Shown one piece after another: positions 1 through 13,182 of a DNA stretch of 64,000 nt. The stretch covers positions 190,464,001-190,528,000 of the forward strand of contig OZ024742.1 of assembly GCA_964016885.1 (NCBI GenBank), given 5' to 3'. The notes under the pieces are model-generated. The model had not been told where the DNA came from. It saw nothing but the letters and a program-made list of their open reading frames with translations, and did not search any database. This DNA is from Eledone cirrhosa. Lineage: Eukaryota. The translations under genes and the position numbers were made by a program. How positions within the stretch are numbered: position 1 is the first letter of the stretch; every line of letters starts with the position of its first letter.

Positions 1-311
1 CTGGCTTTTCCACATAATACATATTGTTAGCACCCCAAACACTTAAATTGGGTTTATATTAAAATATAACCTAATGTTTGTTGAGTGAGATGGTTACCAG
101 TCAGAGATTAGCTTTAAACTATCTCTGTTATTGTATTAATTATTGTATTAATTATTATATATATATAAGGATTAAAATACTGGAGCGTGTTGGAGTTAAA
201 CGCCCTCTTCGTATTATAGAAATGACAGTAAAAGGTATAGCTCAATGTAATTAAACAGAGCCGAAGAATTATGAAAATAAAACAAAGAAGCCTTCAATAC
301 ATCAAAAGTCT

Positions 312-358
312 TTATTAGCCAACAATGTTTCGTCCTATTAAGGACTCATCAGGGCAAT
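312..358 (-). ncRNA. Minimal type I hammerhead ribozyme (PLE pLTR type)
   Basis: Minus strand reads attgcc-CTGATGA-GTCC ttaata GGAC-GAAA-CATTG-TT-GGCtaat, then AATAAAA. Lies downstream of the GIY-YIG remnant at ~2320-2600. Confidence 0.75.
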
Positions 359-1112
359 CAAAACCACAAGAAGCACTATCGGCCAATACAAGCCGAAAAC
401 TCCGAAGAATATGGAGTGTACATACACTAAAGTATTGGAAGATTATGGGTAAAAATATATAATAAAAATCACTAAGGAGGTGGATAACATTTTGAACCAT
501 ATTACAAATATAGTCCAAAGCAAAAAACTAGAGCTAAACAAAGGTGGTTATATAGAGCGGGAATTATAGTACTATATGTAATACAATATAATATAATATA
601 ATATACTTGTAACAATATTAAAATTAAAATTAAAATTAAAAGGCACAATATACATATGTATATATATACGCACACGTACGCACATATACATATACATCAA
701 TACACATTTCCATCATTAACAGCACAAATTAAACCTTATTAAGAGTTTAAATATAAATAAGCATAATAGGAATAAAAATAAAATAATACGTATATCTAAT
801 ATACAGTATAACATTAAGTAATGAAATGATTAAAACTAACACATATAATATATAATAAACTATATAATTATATAATATATAATATAATATAATAGATAAT
901 CTCCGGTTAATTTACACAAACAATATAAATGTCACAATAACACTATAATAATAATATAATAATATATAATATATAATGGCATGTAAGTTAACAAATCAAT
1001 TCATATAGAGTTACAGAGCAGGTGAGAAAAAAAAATAAATTGTACACAACCCCAAATTATGATGGTACAAAAATATAAACATCTTACATGATATATAAAA
1101 AATTTAACATAT

Positions 1113-1301
1113 CATAATTGTTTCTACTTTAGGCACAAGGCCAGCAATTACCCAGTGCATTACTGGTACTTTATTTTATCGACCCCGTAAGGATGAAAGG
1201 CAAAGTCAACCTCGGCGGGATTTGAACTCAGAACGTAAAGGGACGTAACTATGCTGGAAAGCATGGCCTCCGACCCTCTACGATACTGCCAATCCACCGC
1301 C
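1113..1301 (-). mobile_element. tRNA-derived SINE (cephalopod OK/OR-like family)
   Basis: B-box-like gagttcaaatccc plus core cttgcctttcatccttacggggtcgataaaataaagtaccag. Flanked by the direct repeat atttaacatatcataat (TSD). Confidence 0.85.
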
Positions 1302-2319
1302 ATCATATTTAACATATCATAATGGTACATTTAACATATCATAATGGTACATAAAATCATCGGTAAGTAATAAGGATCAATAGTACATTTACAAAGAGTT
1401 GAATAACAACTTCAATATAAAATAATGAACATAATATAATATATAATTACTTATAATTACAAGGTTGGTAAACAGACACATATGTGAATGAGTGAATAAG
1501 GGCCAGACAGAAAATACTATGCACAGTAGTATTAATAAATAAATAAATAAAATCGACCGGAAATCAAAAAGCAAAAACAAAAGTATTTACTTAGGTCTCA
1601 CATGCAGTTAAGTAAAAACTTAAGAAACAACCCGGATAAATGACTGGAAAACCCTATTTGATAAATTAATATTGAAAATATTTAAAATACCTAATAAGGC
1701 AATACAATATTAGCTATGGTTTAAGTAATCAAAATCCCTAAACATTAATATTTCACTATAAATATATATAGAAAGGAATGAAATATTCTACTATCATTTA
1801 CATAACGATATCTAAAAAACTGACTTAAGCAGAATTATGGTAGGCTAATGTGGACAGAAAAAAAGAAATGTATGGAGGATACAAAGGAGCATAAAATCAT
1901 AATCAATATACTGTATTATATAATAGAAAGGAGCATAAAAAAGGGGATTAAATATAATCATAAAATATTTGAAGGGGTTAGCAATAAGTTTATGTGTGCA
2001 TGGGGGGGGGTTATCCAAAGAAGAATCCAAATAAAATAAAATAAAATGAAATAAAATAATATAAAATATATAATCAGATATATACTCATAAGGTGTTAAT
2101 AGTGAAAATTTAATGTGTCAGAAGATAGATATGGTATAGTAGCCAAAAGATTATGAGAGCTAGAATAAAAAGTTGTCAAAAACCAATGATAATAATGATG
2201 ATAATAATGGTGGTAAACAAAAAGAACCTAAACTAAAAAAAATAAGTAATGGAATATATCAGCTAATGGATACAATTTACACTACTAGAACCTTTAGGTT
2301 TATAATAAAAGTAAGAATT

Positions 2320-2600
2320 AGAAATAGCGTGGCGGCAAGAAGAGAATATCTCAGACTTTCTATTAAGTAAGGATTCACTAGAGAAAATTATAGTGTGTCT
2401 CGAGGATACAGAGATTACAATATTTAGTATGTGTAGAAAGGTTATTAGAGCGTGCTACTAAACGCCAATTAAGGCTATATGGTATATTAGCCCCATTAAG
2501 ATCCCAGATATAGTGTGCTAAAGAAGTAGAATTCTTAAACTTAACATGTTTGAAATTAGAGATATGAGAATTAAACCTAGTCTAATTCAGAGAAGCTTAT
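2320..2600 (-). pseudogene. Penelope-like element GIY-YIG endonuclease remnant
   Basis: Manual translation gives TRFNSHISNFKHVKFKNSTSLAHYIWDL...WRLV...CNLCILE...LLNRKSE...CRH. The motif order matches the C-terminus of ORF 14420-15562. Stops and frameshifts present. Confidence 0.8.
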
Positions 2601-3372
2601 ACATATAGAATAACATATACAAAATTACCGACATGTGGATTCCCAGCAAATCAAACTAAAACAATCATTTTTGCCAATTATGCAATAGCTATCTGTAACG
2701 CCACACAGTTCATTTTCACTTAATGTCCTTGTATTATTATGACACCCTTCTTCTTTTGTCACTTGACCATAGTGTCTCGTTCTTTCGACTTGCTGACACG
2801 ATACCATACGGACGTGGTTAGCAACAAGCACCACAAATCTTTGTTGCCGTCAGGCTTTTAATTTTCGCTCTGCATTACCTACCCTGTGGCTTTTTCTGGG
2901 GTTTCTTCTAAACGACTAACTGAACAATCCGTTTTCCTTCACACATTGTTACATTTTAATATCGCACATTCCTTCATTTATTTATTTTGCCATCGCCATG
3001 TAATTTCACTTGAATTTAGTTTCGTATTTTTAACAAACTTATTGTTCTCGTCTGCGTCCTGTATTGTATTTTCCTCTCCTTCACCGTCCTTTAAAATAGA
3101 CAATAACAGTGTTTAACCATCGTTTTAAGCATTGTGACTCCGTTTCGACCAGCATTCCTGTCTATCGGGGGTTGAAACTGCGTAACTTCATTTCGCCAAC
3201 CGATGAACAAGCACTTTTTTCTTTCGTTCATGCTACTAATTTTGTTTTGTCTACATATCACGTGTCTTATCTATCCGTTCGTTCTTCTACTTCGTTTACA
3301 ATTTATCTGTTGCCAGTTTTTCAATCATATATATTTACGTTTTACACACACATACACACGCACACGCATACG

Positions 3373-3410
<38 letters not shown>

Positions 3411-3970
3411 TATATATACAGAGAGAGAGACAGTCGCGGAGAGAAACTCAAATTAGCTTCCACAAATAGATAAAGAAAAAATGAATAGGCACGATAACAT
3501 CATCAACAAGAAGAACAACAAATGTGTTCTGATTGTGAAATTAGAGAAATGCACCATAAATATGAATTTATGATTGAATCCTTTCAAAGTCTTGCCTTGT
3601 TTATTTCTATTAAAATAGAAGCGTTGAAAACTCGTCCACCATATTACTCAGTATAACCAACAGTATATTTTCCAAATGACATTTAGTTATTTTTTTATGA
3701 TTTCTGGACGATTGTTGGAGAAATTGCTACCAGCAATGGCTTTAACGGTCTGATAATTCCTATTGAGTAATAAACTGGTAAATTCTAAGGCAAACCATTC
3801 ATTTTTACAGAAAAGTAAAAAAACCAAGAGATTCTCTTTCCTATTATTACCTAGTTGACATTCTTCCTCGCGAAATGAATCCATTGATAAAGGAACAAAA
3901 GTGATTCGAAAAGGCCTCGCTAGATGCACACACACACACACCCGCACACACATACACACACACGCACACG

Positions 3971-4042
<72 letters not shown>

Positions 4043-4061
4043 CCCCTACACACAGATGTAG

Positions 4062-4096
<35 letters not shown>

Positions 4097-4112
4097 CTGA
4101 GTTTTTCGAATA

Positions 4113-4305
4113 TTAATAATTGTTTCTATTTTTAGGCACAAGGCCAACAATTACCCAGTACATTACTGGTACTTTATTTTATCTATCCCGTAAGGCATGA
4201 AAGGCAAAGTTAACCTCGGCGAGATTTGAACTCAGATCATAAAGGGACGTAACTCTATGCTTCAAAGCATGGTGTCCGACTCTCTACGAATACTGCCAAT
4301 CCACC
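4113..4305 (-). mobile_element. tRNA-derived SINE
   Basis: Same family as 1113-1301. TSD tttttcgaatat(t/g)aataat. Confidence 0.85.
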
Positions 4306-4432
4306 GTTTTTTCGAATATGAATAATAACATTCGATTCGTTTGCAATTATGCAAACAATCCTCAATTTTATAGCCATGTCACTGTGTATTTTGAAAATAC
4401 CATATTTTCACTAACTCTGATAGTTTGGCAGC

Positions 4433-4496
4433 TGAACAGTGGGCTGTACTGAAGAAGGGTGATACCCAGAAACATTAGTGTCAGCAGTTCTGTTCA
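4433..4496 (+). ncRNA. Type I hammerhead ribozyme
   Basis: tgaacagtgggctgta-CTGAAGA-aGGGT gat ACCCa-GAAA-CATTAGTG-TC-agcagttctgttca. GUC cleavage triplet, extended stem I. Confidence 0.75.
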
Positions 4497-4690
4497 CATG
4501 CCAACAGAAGAGCAAGAATGAAGGGTTCATTCTACTGACATGGCTATAAAATTGAGGCTTGTTTGCATAATTGCAAACGAATCGAATGTTATTATTAATA
4601 TTCGAAAAAGTCAGATTACATTTATTGTATTCAGACAAGTAGAGCAAAAAAAGGTTTCTTTTTTATATATCCCCGTCTCTCTCTCTTCCC

Positions 4691-4827
<137 letters not shown>

Positions 4828-4847
4828 CTTTATATATATATATATAT

Positions 4848-5636
4848 ACTAGCAGCAGTATCCAGCGTCGCCTGGGTAGGTAAAATAATATCTGCTTTGA
4901 TGAAAAAGTGTTGATCTTAGCGACTGCTTCTCGATGATTCATCTATGGCCACACACAGGCCATACGGGGGAGGGTGGTGATGACCTCTATCACTGAGAAA
5001 CGCGGGTGACTGACGAAGGGGCATTCTAGGGGAGGGACTTTCGAATTTGAACGAAATCGGTTGAAAAATGTGGGAGCTAGAGCCGAAAGGCGTAAATTTG
5101 AGCGAAAAGGTGGTATTTTCGAATATTTAAGTGGCTGTCACGCCGTTCCTGAACAAAAAGACGTGAAATAATCAGATCTAGCGTAGTGTAAAATTTGAAC
5201 AAAGTAGATTGATTAATGTGGGAGCTAGGGCCGAAAAAATGGAAATTTGAGTATAAAAGTGGTACTTTTGAATATTTAAAGCGGCTGCCACATCGTCCCT
5301 GAACAGCAAACGCAAAATATAAAGTCATTAAGGGATGTGCAATGATATATTCTATTTTGCTTTAAAATTTGAATGAAATCGGTGGCAAAATGTGGGAGCT
5401 AGAGCAAAAAATCTTATTTTTCGATACCTAAAAAAAGGTGACAGCCCCTATCGATTTTTAACTGCAGAATGACTCCTGAATAAAAAAAAAACGATACGCT
5501 GATATATAGAAAACACTCCTCGATGACTAATCTATGAGCTGTAAAGTTTCATGAAAATCAGTCGTAAGATGTAGGCCCTTATAGGTAATACACAGACACA
5601 CAGACACACGCACATACTTAATTTTATATATATACA
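4848..5636 (+). mobile_element. Helentron-associated/DINE-1-like non-autonomous element
   Basis: Starts actag plus a short hairpin (ccagcgtcgcctgg). Internal ~150-170 bp subrepeats (atgtgggagctag). Ends aaagtttcatgaaaatc...acagacacac...ttttatatata. Second copy at ~7238-8025. Confidence 0.6.
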
Positions 5637-6210
5637 GACTAGCAGAAAACCACCATAGGTGGGCGGTTTTCTACTAGCAAATCTAGTGTATATACTGATA
5701 TTGTTGAGATTTAGATGAGAAATGTTTTCGGCACCACATGTTCACCGTCTCTCGGTGTGTCTTTTATGCATGTATAAATATATATGTTATCTATACGGTG
5801 AAATCTTTGAAATAAATATATGTTAAAACGAAAAAGGAGAAAAAGAGATTAGTGACGGAAATATAAACGTTATGATACATAAACGTTATGATATAACGAT
5901 GGAAATATATCTTCAAATGATCCTTGGCATGGTGTCAAGTCAGAACCGCCTCGAACTGGTTACTTCTGGCTTGTGCAAGGTGTCTCTATAGCAACCAGCG
6001 ATTCCCTCGGCCTCAGTGACCAAAGTCAGTGGAGAGGGGAAGGTAATGTTTCTATAGCGACAGTGTTTCTCAGTGTTTCTCTTGGTAGTACCAAGTGGAG
6101 AAAGGAAGGGGAAGGTAATATTTTTGTAGCACCTACATTTGAATTTTAGGGAAGGACAGACAGACATACAGACAGACAGACAGACAAACAGAGAAATGCT
6201 CATATATTTC

Positions 6211-6281
<71 letters not shown>

Positions 6282-6484
6282 TATTACACACACAGAAATG
6301 TATATATATTTCAGTGTGTGTATATATAAATATATATATTACACACACAGAAATGTATATATATTTCTTAGAACAAAATTATTATTAATGTTTTGCTGTT
6401 CATGACAATTGGAATTGAAAAATTACTTTTGAAATTATTAGTTATTTTACTAATACTTAGATATGTAAAAATGAAGCAATGTTT

Positions 6485-6676
6485 CTAATAATTGTTTCTA
6501 CTTTTGGCACAAGGCCAGCATTTAACCAGTACATTACTGGTACTTTATTTTATCGACCCCGTCTAAGATGAAAGGCAAAGTTAACCTCGGCGGTATTTGA
6601 ACTCAGACCGTAAAAGGACGTAACTCCATGCTATGAAGCATGGTGTCCGACTCTCTACCGATACTGCCAATCCACC
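6485..6676 (-). mobile_element. tRNA-derived SINE
   Basis: Same family core sequence. Confidence 0.85.
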
Positions 6677-6802
6677 GTTTTTTCGAATATGAATAATAAC
6701 ATTCGATTCGTTTGCATTATGCAAACAATCCTCAATTTTATAGCCATGTCACTGTGTATTTTGAAAATACCATATGTTCACTAACTCTGATAGTTTGGCA
6801 GC

Positions 6803-6866
6803 TGAACAGTGGGCTGTACTGTAGAAGGGTGATACCCAGAAACATTAGTGTCAGTAGTTCTGTTCA
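6803..6866 (+). pseudogene. Hammerhead copy with core mutation (CTGTAGA)
   Basis: Duplicate of 4433-4496 with A6 changed to T. Confidence 0.65.
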
Positions 6867-7078
6867 CATGCCAACAGAAGAGCAAGAATGAAGGGTTCAT
6901 TCTACTGACATGGCTATAAAATTGAGGCTTGTTTGCATAATTGCAAACGAATCGAATGTTATTATTAATATTCGAAAAAGTCAGAGTACATTTATTGTAT
7001 TCAGACAAGTAGAGCAAAAAAAAGGTTTCTTTTTTATATATCCCCGTCTCTCTCTCTTCCCCCCATCTCTCTCTCTCT

Positions 7079-7205
<127 letters not shown>

Positions 7206-7206
7206 T

Positions 7207-7240
<34 letters not shown>

Positions 7241-8529
7241 TAGCAGCAGTACCCAGCGTTGCCTGGGTAGGTAAAATAATATCTGCTTTGATGAAAAAGT
7301 GTTGATCTTAGCGACTGTTTCTCGATGATTCATCTATGGCCACACACAGGCCATACGGGGGAGGGTGGTGATGACCTCTATCACTGAGAAACGCGGGTGA
7401 CTGACGAAGGGCATTCTAGGGGAGGGACTTTCGAATTTGAACGAAATCGGTTGAAAAATGTGGGAGCTAGAGCCGAAAGGCGTAAATTTGAGCGAAAAGG
7501 TGGTATTTTCGAATATTTAAGTGGCTGTCACGCGTTCTTGAACAAAAAGACGTGAAATAATCAGATCTAGCGTAGTGTAAAATTTGAACAAAGTAGATTG
7601 ATTAATGTGGGAGCTAGGTCCGAAAAAATGGAAATTTGAGTATAAAAGTGGTACTTTTGAATATTTAAGCGGCTGCCACATCGTCCTGAACAGCAAACGC
7701 AAAATATAAAGTCATTAAGGGATGTGCAATGATACATTCTATTTTGCTTTAAAAATTTGAATGAAATCGGTGGCAAAATGTGGGAGCTAGAGCAAAAAAT
7801 CTTATTTTTCGATACCTAAAAAAGGTGACCGCCCCTATCGATTTTTATCTGCAGAATGACTCCGGAATAAAAAAAAAACGATACGCTGATATATAGAAAA
7901 CACTCCTCGATGACTAATCTATGAGCTGTAAAGTTTCATGAAAATCAGTCGTAAGATGTAGACCCTTATAGGTAATACACAGACACACAGACCACACGCA
8001 CATACTTAATTTTATATATATACAGACTAGCAGAAAACCACCATAGGTGGGCGGTTTTCTACTAGCAAATCTAGTGTATATACTGATATTGTTGAGATTT
8101 AGATGAGAAATGTTTTCGGCACCACATGTTCACCGTCTCTCGGTGTGTCTTTATGCATGTATAAATATATATGTTATCTATACGGTGAAATCTTTGAAAT
8201 AATATATGTTAAAACGAAAAGAGAAAAAGAGATTAGTGACGGAAATATAAACGTTATGATACATAATCGTTATGATATAACGATGGAAATATATGTTCAA
8301 ATGATCCTTGGCATGGTGTCAAGTCAGAACCGCCTCGAACTGGTTACTTCTGGCTTGTGCAAGGTGTCTCTATAGCAACCAGCGATTCCTCGGCCTCAGT
8401 GACCAAAGTCAGTGGAGAGGCGAAGGTAATGTTTCTATAGCGACAGTGTTTCTCTTGGTAGTACCAAAGTGGAGAAAGGAAGGGGAAGGTAATATTTTTG
8501 TAGCACCTACATTTGAGTTTTAGGGGAAG

Positions 8530-8563
<34 letters not shown>

Positions 8564-8581
8564 GAAATGCTCATATATTTC

Positions 8582-8626
<45 letters not shown>

Positions 8627-8837
8627 TATTACACACACAGAAATGTATATATATTTCAGTGTGTGTATATATAAATATAATATATTACACACACAGAAAT
8701 GTATATATATTTCAGTGTGTGTATATATAAATATATATATTACACACACAGAAATGTCTTATATTTCTCAGAACAAAATTATTATTAATGTTTTGCTGTT
8801 CATGACAATTGGAATTGAAAAATTACTTTTGAAAATT

Positions 8838-9037
8838 NNNNNNNNNNNNNNNNNNNNNNNNNNNNNNNNNNNNNNNNNNNNNNNNNNNNNNNNNNNNNNN
8901 NNNNNNNNNNNNNNNNNNNNNNNNNNNNNNNNNNNNNNNNNNNNNNNNNNNNNNNNNNNNNNNNNNNNNNNNNNNNNNNNNNNNNNNNNNNNNNNNNNNN
9001 NNNNNNNNNNNNNNNNNNNNNNNNNNNNNNNNNNNNN
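8838..9037. other. Assembly gap (200 N)
   Basis: Run of N. Confidence 1.
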
Positions 9038-9411
9038 AATATCGGAGTTTTGATCTCTCAATTCGGCAAGACTATACCTGAAGAGACTCTCTGATCTCCG
9101 AGCTACGCACTCCATCGAGTAACGTTACTCCAAAGACCCTTCGGAGGAATCCCATTTCGGCCGCTTGTATTCACGATCGTATTCTTTCGGTCATTACCCA
9201 AGATTCATGACTATAAGTAAGAGTTGGCACGAATACCGAATTGAAGGTAGAGAGTTTGACTTTTACGCCTACCTCCTTTCTGATTACTGAATGCTGAAAC
9301 TGGCGAATTACCGCACAAGTTCTTTCTATTCTTGTACTTATTTCAGCCGCCTACTTTCCATCACTCGTAAAAACGTCCCCGAGATACTTCAACATCTCTA
9401 CCTGCTTCACA
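9038..9411 (-). pseudogene. RTE-clade LINE, RT C-terminal fragment
   Basis: Translation VKQVEMLKYLGDVFTSDG*..EISTRI...FVPTLTYSHESWVMTERIRS*IQAAEMGFLRRVFGVTLLDGVRSSEIRESL. Confidence 0.85.
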
Positions 9412-9556
9412 TGTATTTGTATGCAACCAGGTATTTCCAAATATAGCATAAAGCTCTATTTGGAAATATCTAGTTGCATACAAAGTACTGGAAATTTGAA
9501 ATTTGAAAATATAATCATCTTTATACGAATAATTCTAAGATTACATGATCTCTATA

Positions 9557-9967
9557 AATAATTGTTTCTACTTTAGGCACAAGGCCAGCAATTACCCAAT
9601 GCATTACTGGTACTTTATTTTATCGACCCCGTAAGGATGAAAGGCAAAGTCAACCTCGGCGGGATTTGAACTCAGATCATAAAGGGACGTAACTATGCTG
9701 GAAAGCATGGCGTTCGACTCTCTACCGATACTGCCAATCTCTATAAATAATGATTTCTAGTATAGGCACAAGGCCAGTAATTTGATGGGTGGGTAAAGTC
9801 GATTAAATCGACCTCAGTATGTTACTGGTGCTCTATTTTATCGACACCATAAGGATGAAACGCAAAGTTAACCTCGGCGGGATTTTCCCTTAGACCATAA
9901 AAGGCCGTAACTCTATGCTGCAAAACATGGTGTCCGACTTTCTATCGATACAGCCAATCCATCGCCC
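9557..9967 (-). mobile_element. Two tandem tRNA-derived SINEs
   Basis: Two family cores. The repeat tctataaataat occurs at the junctions. Confidence 0.85.
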
Positions 9968-10162
9968 TATGATATCTATAAATAATGGTTGAAGAAAATC
10001 ATTTAAAGTTCTCCTGGTGACGGGAAAATAGACTCTGCGACGTCTGTGGGTAATCAAACCACATATCTCTCGTATGGGGGTGGGTGGGTGAAAGCATGTA
10101 ACCTCTACTGTAACGCGCTCCTGGTCGGTGGTCACACTTTCATTATAAGAAGAATTACGGAG

Positions 10163-10560
10163 GGTGGTGGATTGGCAGTATCGGTAGAGGGTCGCACGCC
10201 ATGCTTTGCAGCATCGAGTTACGGCCATTTATGATTTGAGTTCAAATTCCGACGTGGTTAACTTTGTCTTTCATCCTTACGGGGTCGAGAAAATAAGGTA
10301 CCTGTCACGCACTGGGGTCGATTTAATCGACTTTCCCTTCCCCCAAAATTGCTGGATTTGTACCTATATAAGAGACCATTATTCAGTATCGGTAGAGGGT
10401 CAGACGCCATGCTTTCCAGCATAGTTACGTCCCTTTGCGGTCTGAGTTCAAATCCAGCCGAGGTTAACTTTGCCTTTCATCCTTACGGGGTCGATAAAAT
10501 AAAGTACCAGTGATGAACTAGGTAATTTATGGCCATGTGCCAAAACTAGAAACAATTATT
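10163..10560 (+). mobile_element. Two tandem tRNA-derived SINEs
   Basis: ggtggattggcagtatcggtagag head, gagttcaaat B box, family core, tail agaaacaattat. Confidence 0.85.
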
Positions 10561-11272
10561 AGAACAATTACGACTGAAGCTATAAATGTAATACACCCGA
10601 TTGATTCAGGAAGCATTGGGAAATTTGAAATTTCAAAATATAGTAGTCCCAATGCTGAAAATTTATCCATTTATTTCTAGATGATAAAATATGTCCATCT
10701 CACAAGATCCATCGTTACCGATAGCTAATACTTTTTCCGTCTTTAAAGGTTTTCTCCTTATTTTATAAAATATTTTATAACACCTACACGCATCAACACA
10801 ACATTCTCTATATTAACTTTGTTTCTTCAGTGCTTAATAAATATCGGAGTGATTGACTACGCATATACGATATATATATATATATATGAAAAATTAAATA
10901 ATGTTGTCTCTGATCGAGACGAAGCGCTGATGTATTTGAATACATATAAATTGAGAAACCTAACAAAACAAACAGCACAGTACATAGAAGAAATATATTA
11001 GTTTAAAGCTTGAAACAACAGCAAGAGAGACTTAACGTTTTGTACTTTATCAGAAGCAAGATTTAGAAACAGAAGATAAATGGAAAGTAAAGAGTGATAA
11101 GAGGAAGAGACGAGGAAAAATGAGAAAAAATTGTGGAGAAAAAAAAGACACACGTGCGAAATCACGTGGGGAGTGGCTGGTCAAGTGGTAACCAATGTGT
11201 AGTGAGGAAGCGTACGTATGTTGTATATATACATGAGTCACTGTATACGCATGAAATTACGTATGTATGTAT

Positions 11273-11332
<60 letters not shown>

Positions 11333-11580
11333 TTGAAATAAAATGAAAACGAAATTTCATTTCTCACTCTTAGTACGGCACTCATTTCTCACTCTTAGTA
11401 CGGCACTTACTTAAATGTAAGTATGTATGTATACGTACATACATGTATGTATACAGACGTACAGTAGCATGCATATATAAACGGCGCTTTGTTCGTTTGT
11501 AAACAAACTGAACAGCCTGAATTTATGCCGTACGGTGTTAAGGCAACCACGTCACCTTTTAGTTCAACACTGACACAGGA

Positions 11581-11623
11581 ACGATGCACTAGTTTCAAGC
11601 TTGTTAGCTATCATCAGCACCGT
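11581..11623 (-). ncRNA. Minimal hammerhead with GUG triplet (predicted non-cleaving)
   Basis: acggtg-CTGATGA-tAGCT aaca AGCTt-GAAA-CTAG-TG-catcgt. Confidence 0.75.
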
Positions 11624-12037
11624 ATACCCTTCTGCCAGATAGTTGAACGTTCGAAAGTATATACTTTCCTTATGAAAATTAACGGCTGAGCAGCCTAATT
11701 TGCATATCGAGTGAGTTAAGTCGGTCAGGCATACCGAAAACGATAAGTTGTAATAAAATGAAAACGAAATTTCATTTCTCACTCTTAGTACGGCACTTAC
11801 TTAAATGTAAGTATGTATGTATACGTACATACATATATGTATACAGACGTACAGTAGCATGCATATATATATATATATATATACATACAGGTACACATAC
11901 ATATATGCACGTATCAGTTTAGCGGACGCTTATTATAATGCCGCTTTGTTCGTTTGTAAACAAACTGAACAGCCTGAATTTATGCCGTACGGTGTTAAGG
12001 CAACCACGTCACCTTTTAGTTCAACACTGACACAGGA

Positions 12038-12080
12038 ACGATGTACTAGTTTCAAGCTTGTTAGCTATCATCAGCACCGT
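12038..12080 (-). ncRNA. Minimal type I hammerhead ribozyme
   Basis: acggtg-CTGATGA-tAGCT aaca AGCTt-GAAA-CTAG-TA-catcgt. Confidence 0.85.
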
Positions 12081-12203
12081 ATACACTTCTGCCAGATAGT
12101 TGAACGTTCGAAAGTATATACTTTCCTTATGAAAATTAACGGCTGAGCAGCCTAATTTGCATATCGAGTGAGTTAAGTATATACTTTCGAACGTTCAACT
12201 ATC

Positions 12204-12313
<110 letters not shown>

Positions 12314-12430
12314 TAAACGGAATAAAAAATGCTGACAAATTGTTCACAGTTGAAAAATGGTTTAATTAGGAATAAAAGAGTATTAGTGATTGTATGGGTT
12401 AGTATTCAGTTGTGGTTTTAAGTTTTTAAG

Positions 12431-12468
12431 TTTTTACCGGTTGCGCATTTCTAAATGCTTTTCAAAAA
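12431..12468 (-). ncRNA. Hammerhead-like motif with U3-A8 core, degenerate (GCAA)
   Basis: ttt-TTGAAAA-GCATTT ag AAATGC-GCAA-CCGG-TA-aaa. Homologous to 45327-45363. Confidence 0.5.
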
Positions 12469-12567
12469 TAATTTTGAGATAGAGTGTCCGTGCTGTTTGC
12501 TCTGATCTGATTAGTTTTGGGAATTCTACCTGTTTTTATGTTTAAAAAATGGCTCCAGCGTTATTTT

Positions 12568-12632
<65 letters not shown>

Positions 12633-12636
<4 letters not shown>

Positions 12637-13080
12637 TGCTACTGTACGTCTGTATACATATATGTATGTACGTATACATACATACTTACATTTAAGTAAG
12701 TGCCGTACTAAGAGTGAGAAATGAAATTTCGTTTTCATTTTATTTTAACTTATCGTTTTCGGTATGCCTGACCGACTTAACTCACTCGATATGCAAATTA
12801 GGCTGCTCAGCCGTTAATTTTCATAAGGAAAGTATATACTTTCGAACGTTCAACTATCTGGCAGAAGGGTATACGGTGCTGATGATAGCTAACAAGCTTG
12901 AAACTAGTACATCGTTCCTGTGTCAGTGCTGAACTAAAAGTTGACGTGGTTGCCTTAACACCGTACGGCATGAATTCAGGCTGTTCAGTTTGTTTACAAA
13001 CGAACAAAGCGACGTTATAATAAGCGTCCGCTAAACTGATAGTGCATATATGTATGTGTACCTGTATGTATATACATACA
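12633..13080 (+). mobile_element. Inverted copy of the retrozyme-like unit
   Basis: Reverse complement of the 11331-12178 unit. Confidence 0.85.
12873..12915 (+). ncRNA. Minimal type I hammerhead ribozyme
   Basis: acggtg-CTGATGA-tAGCT aaca AGCTt-GAAA-CTAG-TA-catcgt. Confidence 0.85.
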
Positions 13081-13084
13081 TACT

Positions 13085-13180
<96 letters not shown>

Positions 13181-13182
<2 letters not shown>

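Larger units (their letters stand above)
4094..4619. mobile_element. Miniature element with ~85 bp terminal inverted repeats and an internal hammerhead; a SINE interrupts the left repeat
   Basis: ttttcgaatat...ttgcaattatgcaaacaatcctcaattttatagccatgtca (4307-4381) is inverted at ~4536-4610. Confidence 0.7.
11331..12178 (-). mobile_element. Retrozyme-like tandem array (~2 units), one hammerhead per unit
   Basis: Repeat unit aagttgtaataaaatgaaaacg...ccgaaaacgat. HHRs at 11581-11623 and 12038-12080 (457 bp apart). Confidence 0.8.

Noticed and set aside
1113-1301. SINE heads as tRNA genes
   Set aside because: A/B boxes are present but there is no full cloverleaf, and they are followed by SINE core, tail and TSDs.
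2625-3000. Possible minus-strand host exon(s) with GT donor-like sites at ~2628 and ~2878
   Set aside because: No recognisable protein similarity or clear acceptor; not supportable without RNA data.
11489-11689. Repeated 66-aa ORF in the 450-bp unit
   Set aside because: TTG start, antisense to the ribozyme, start lost in the 27-28 kb copies, no recognisable domain.
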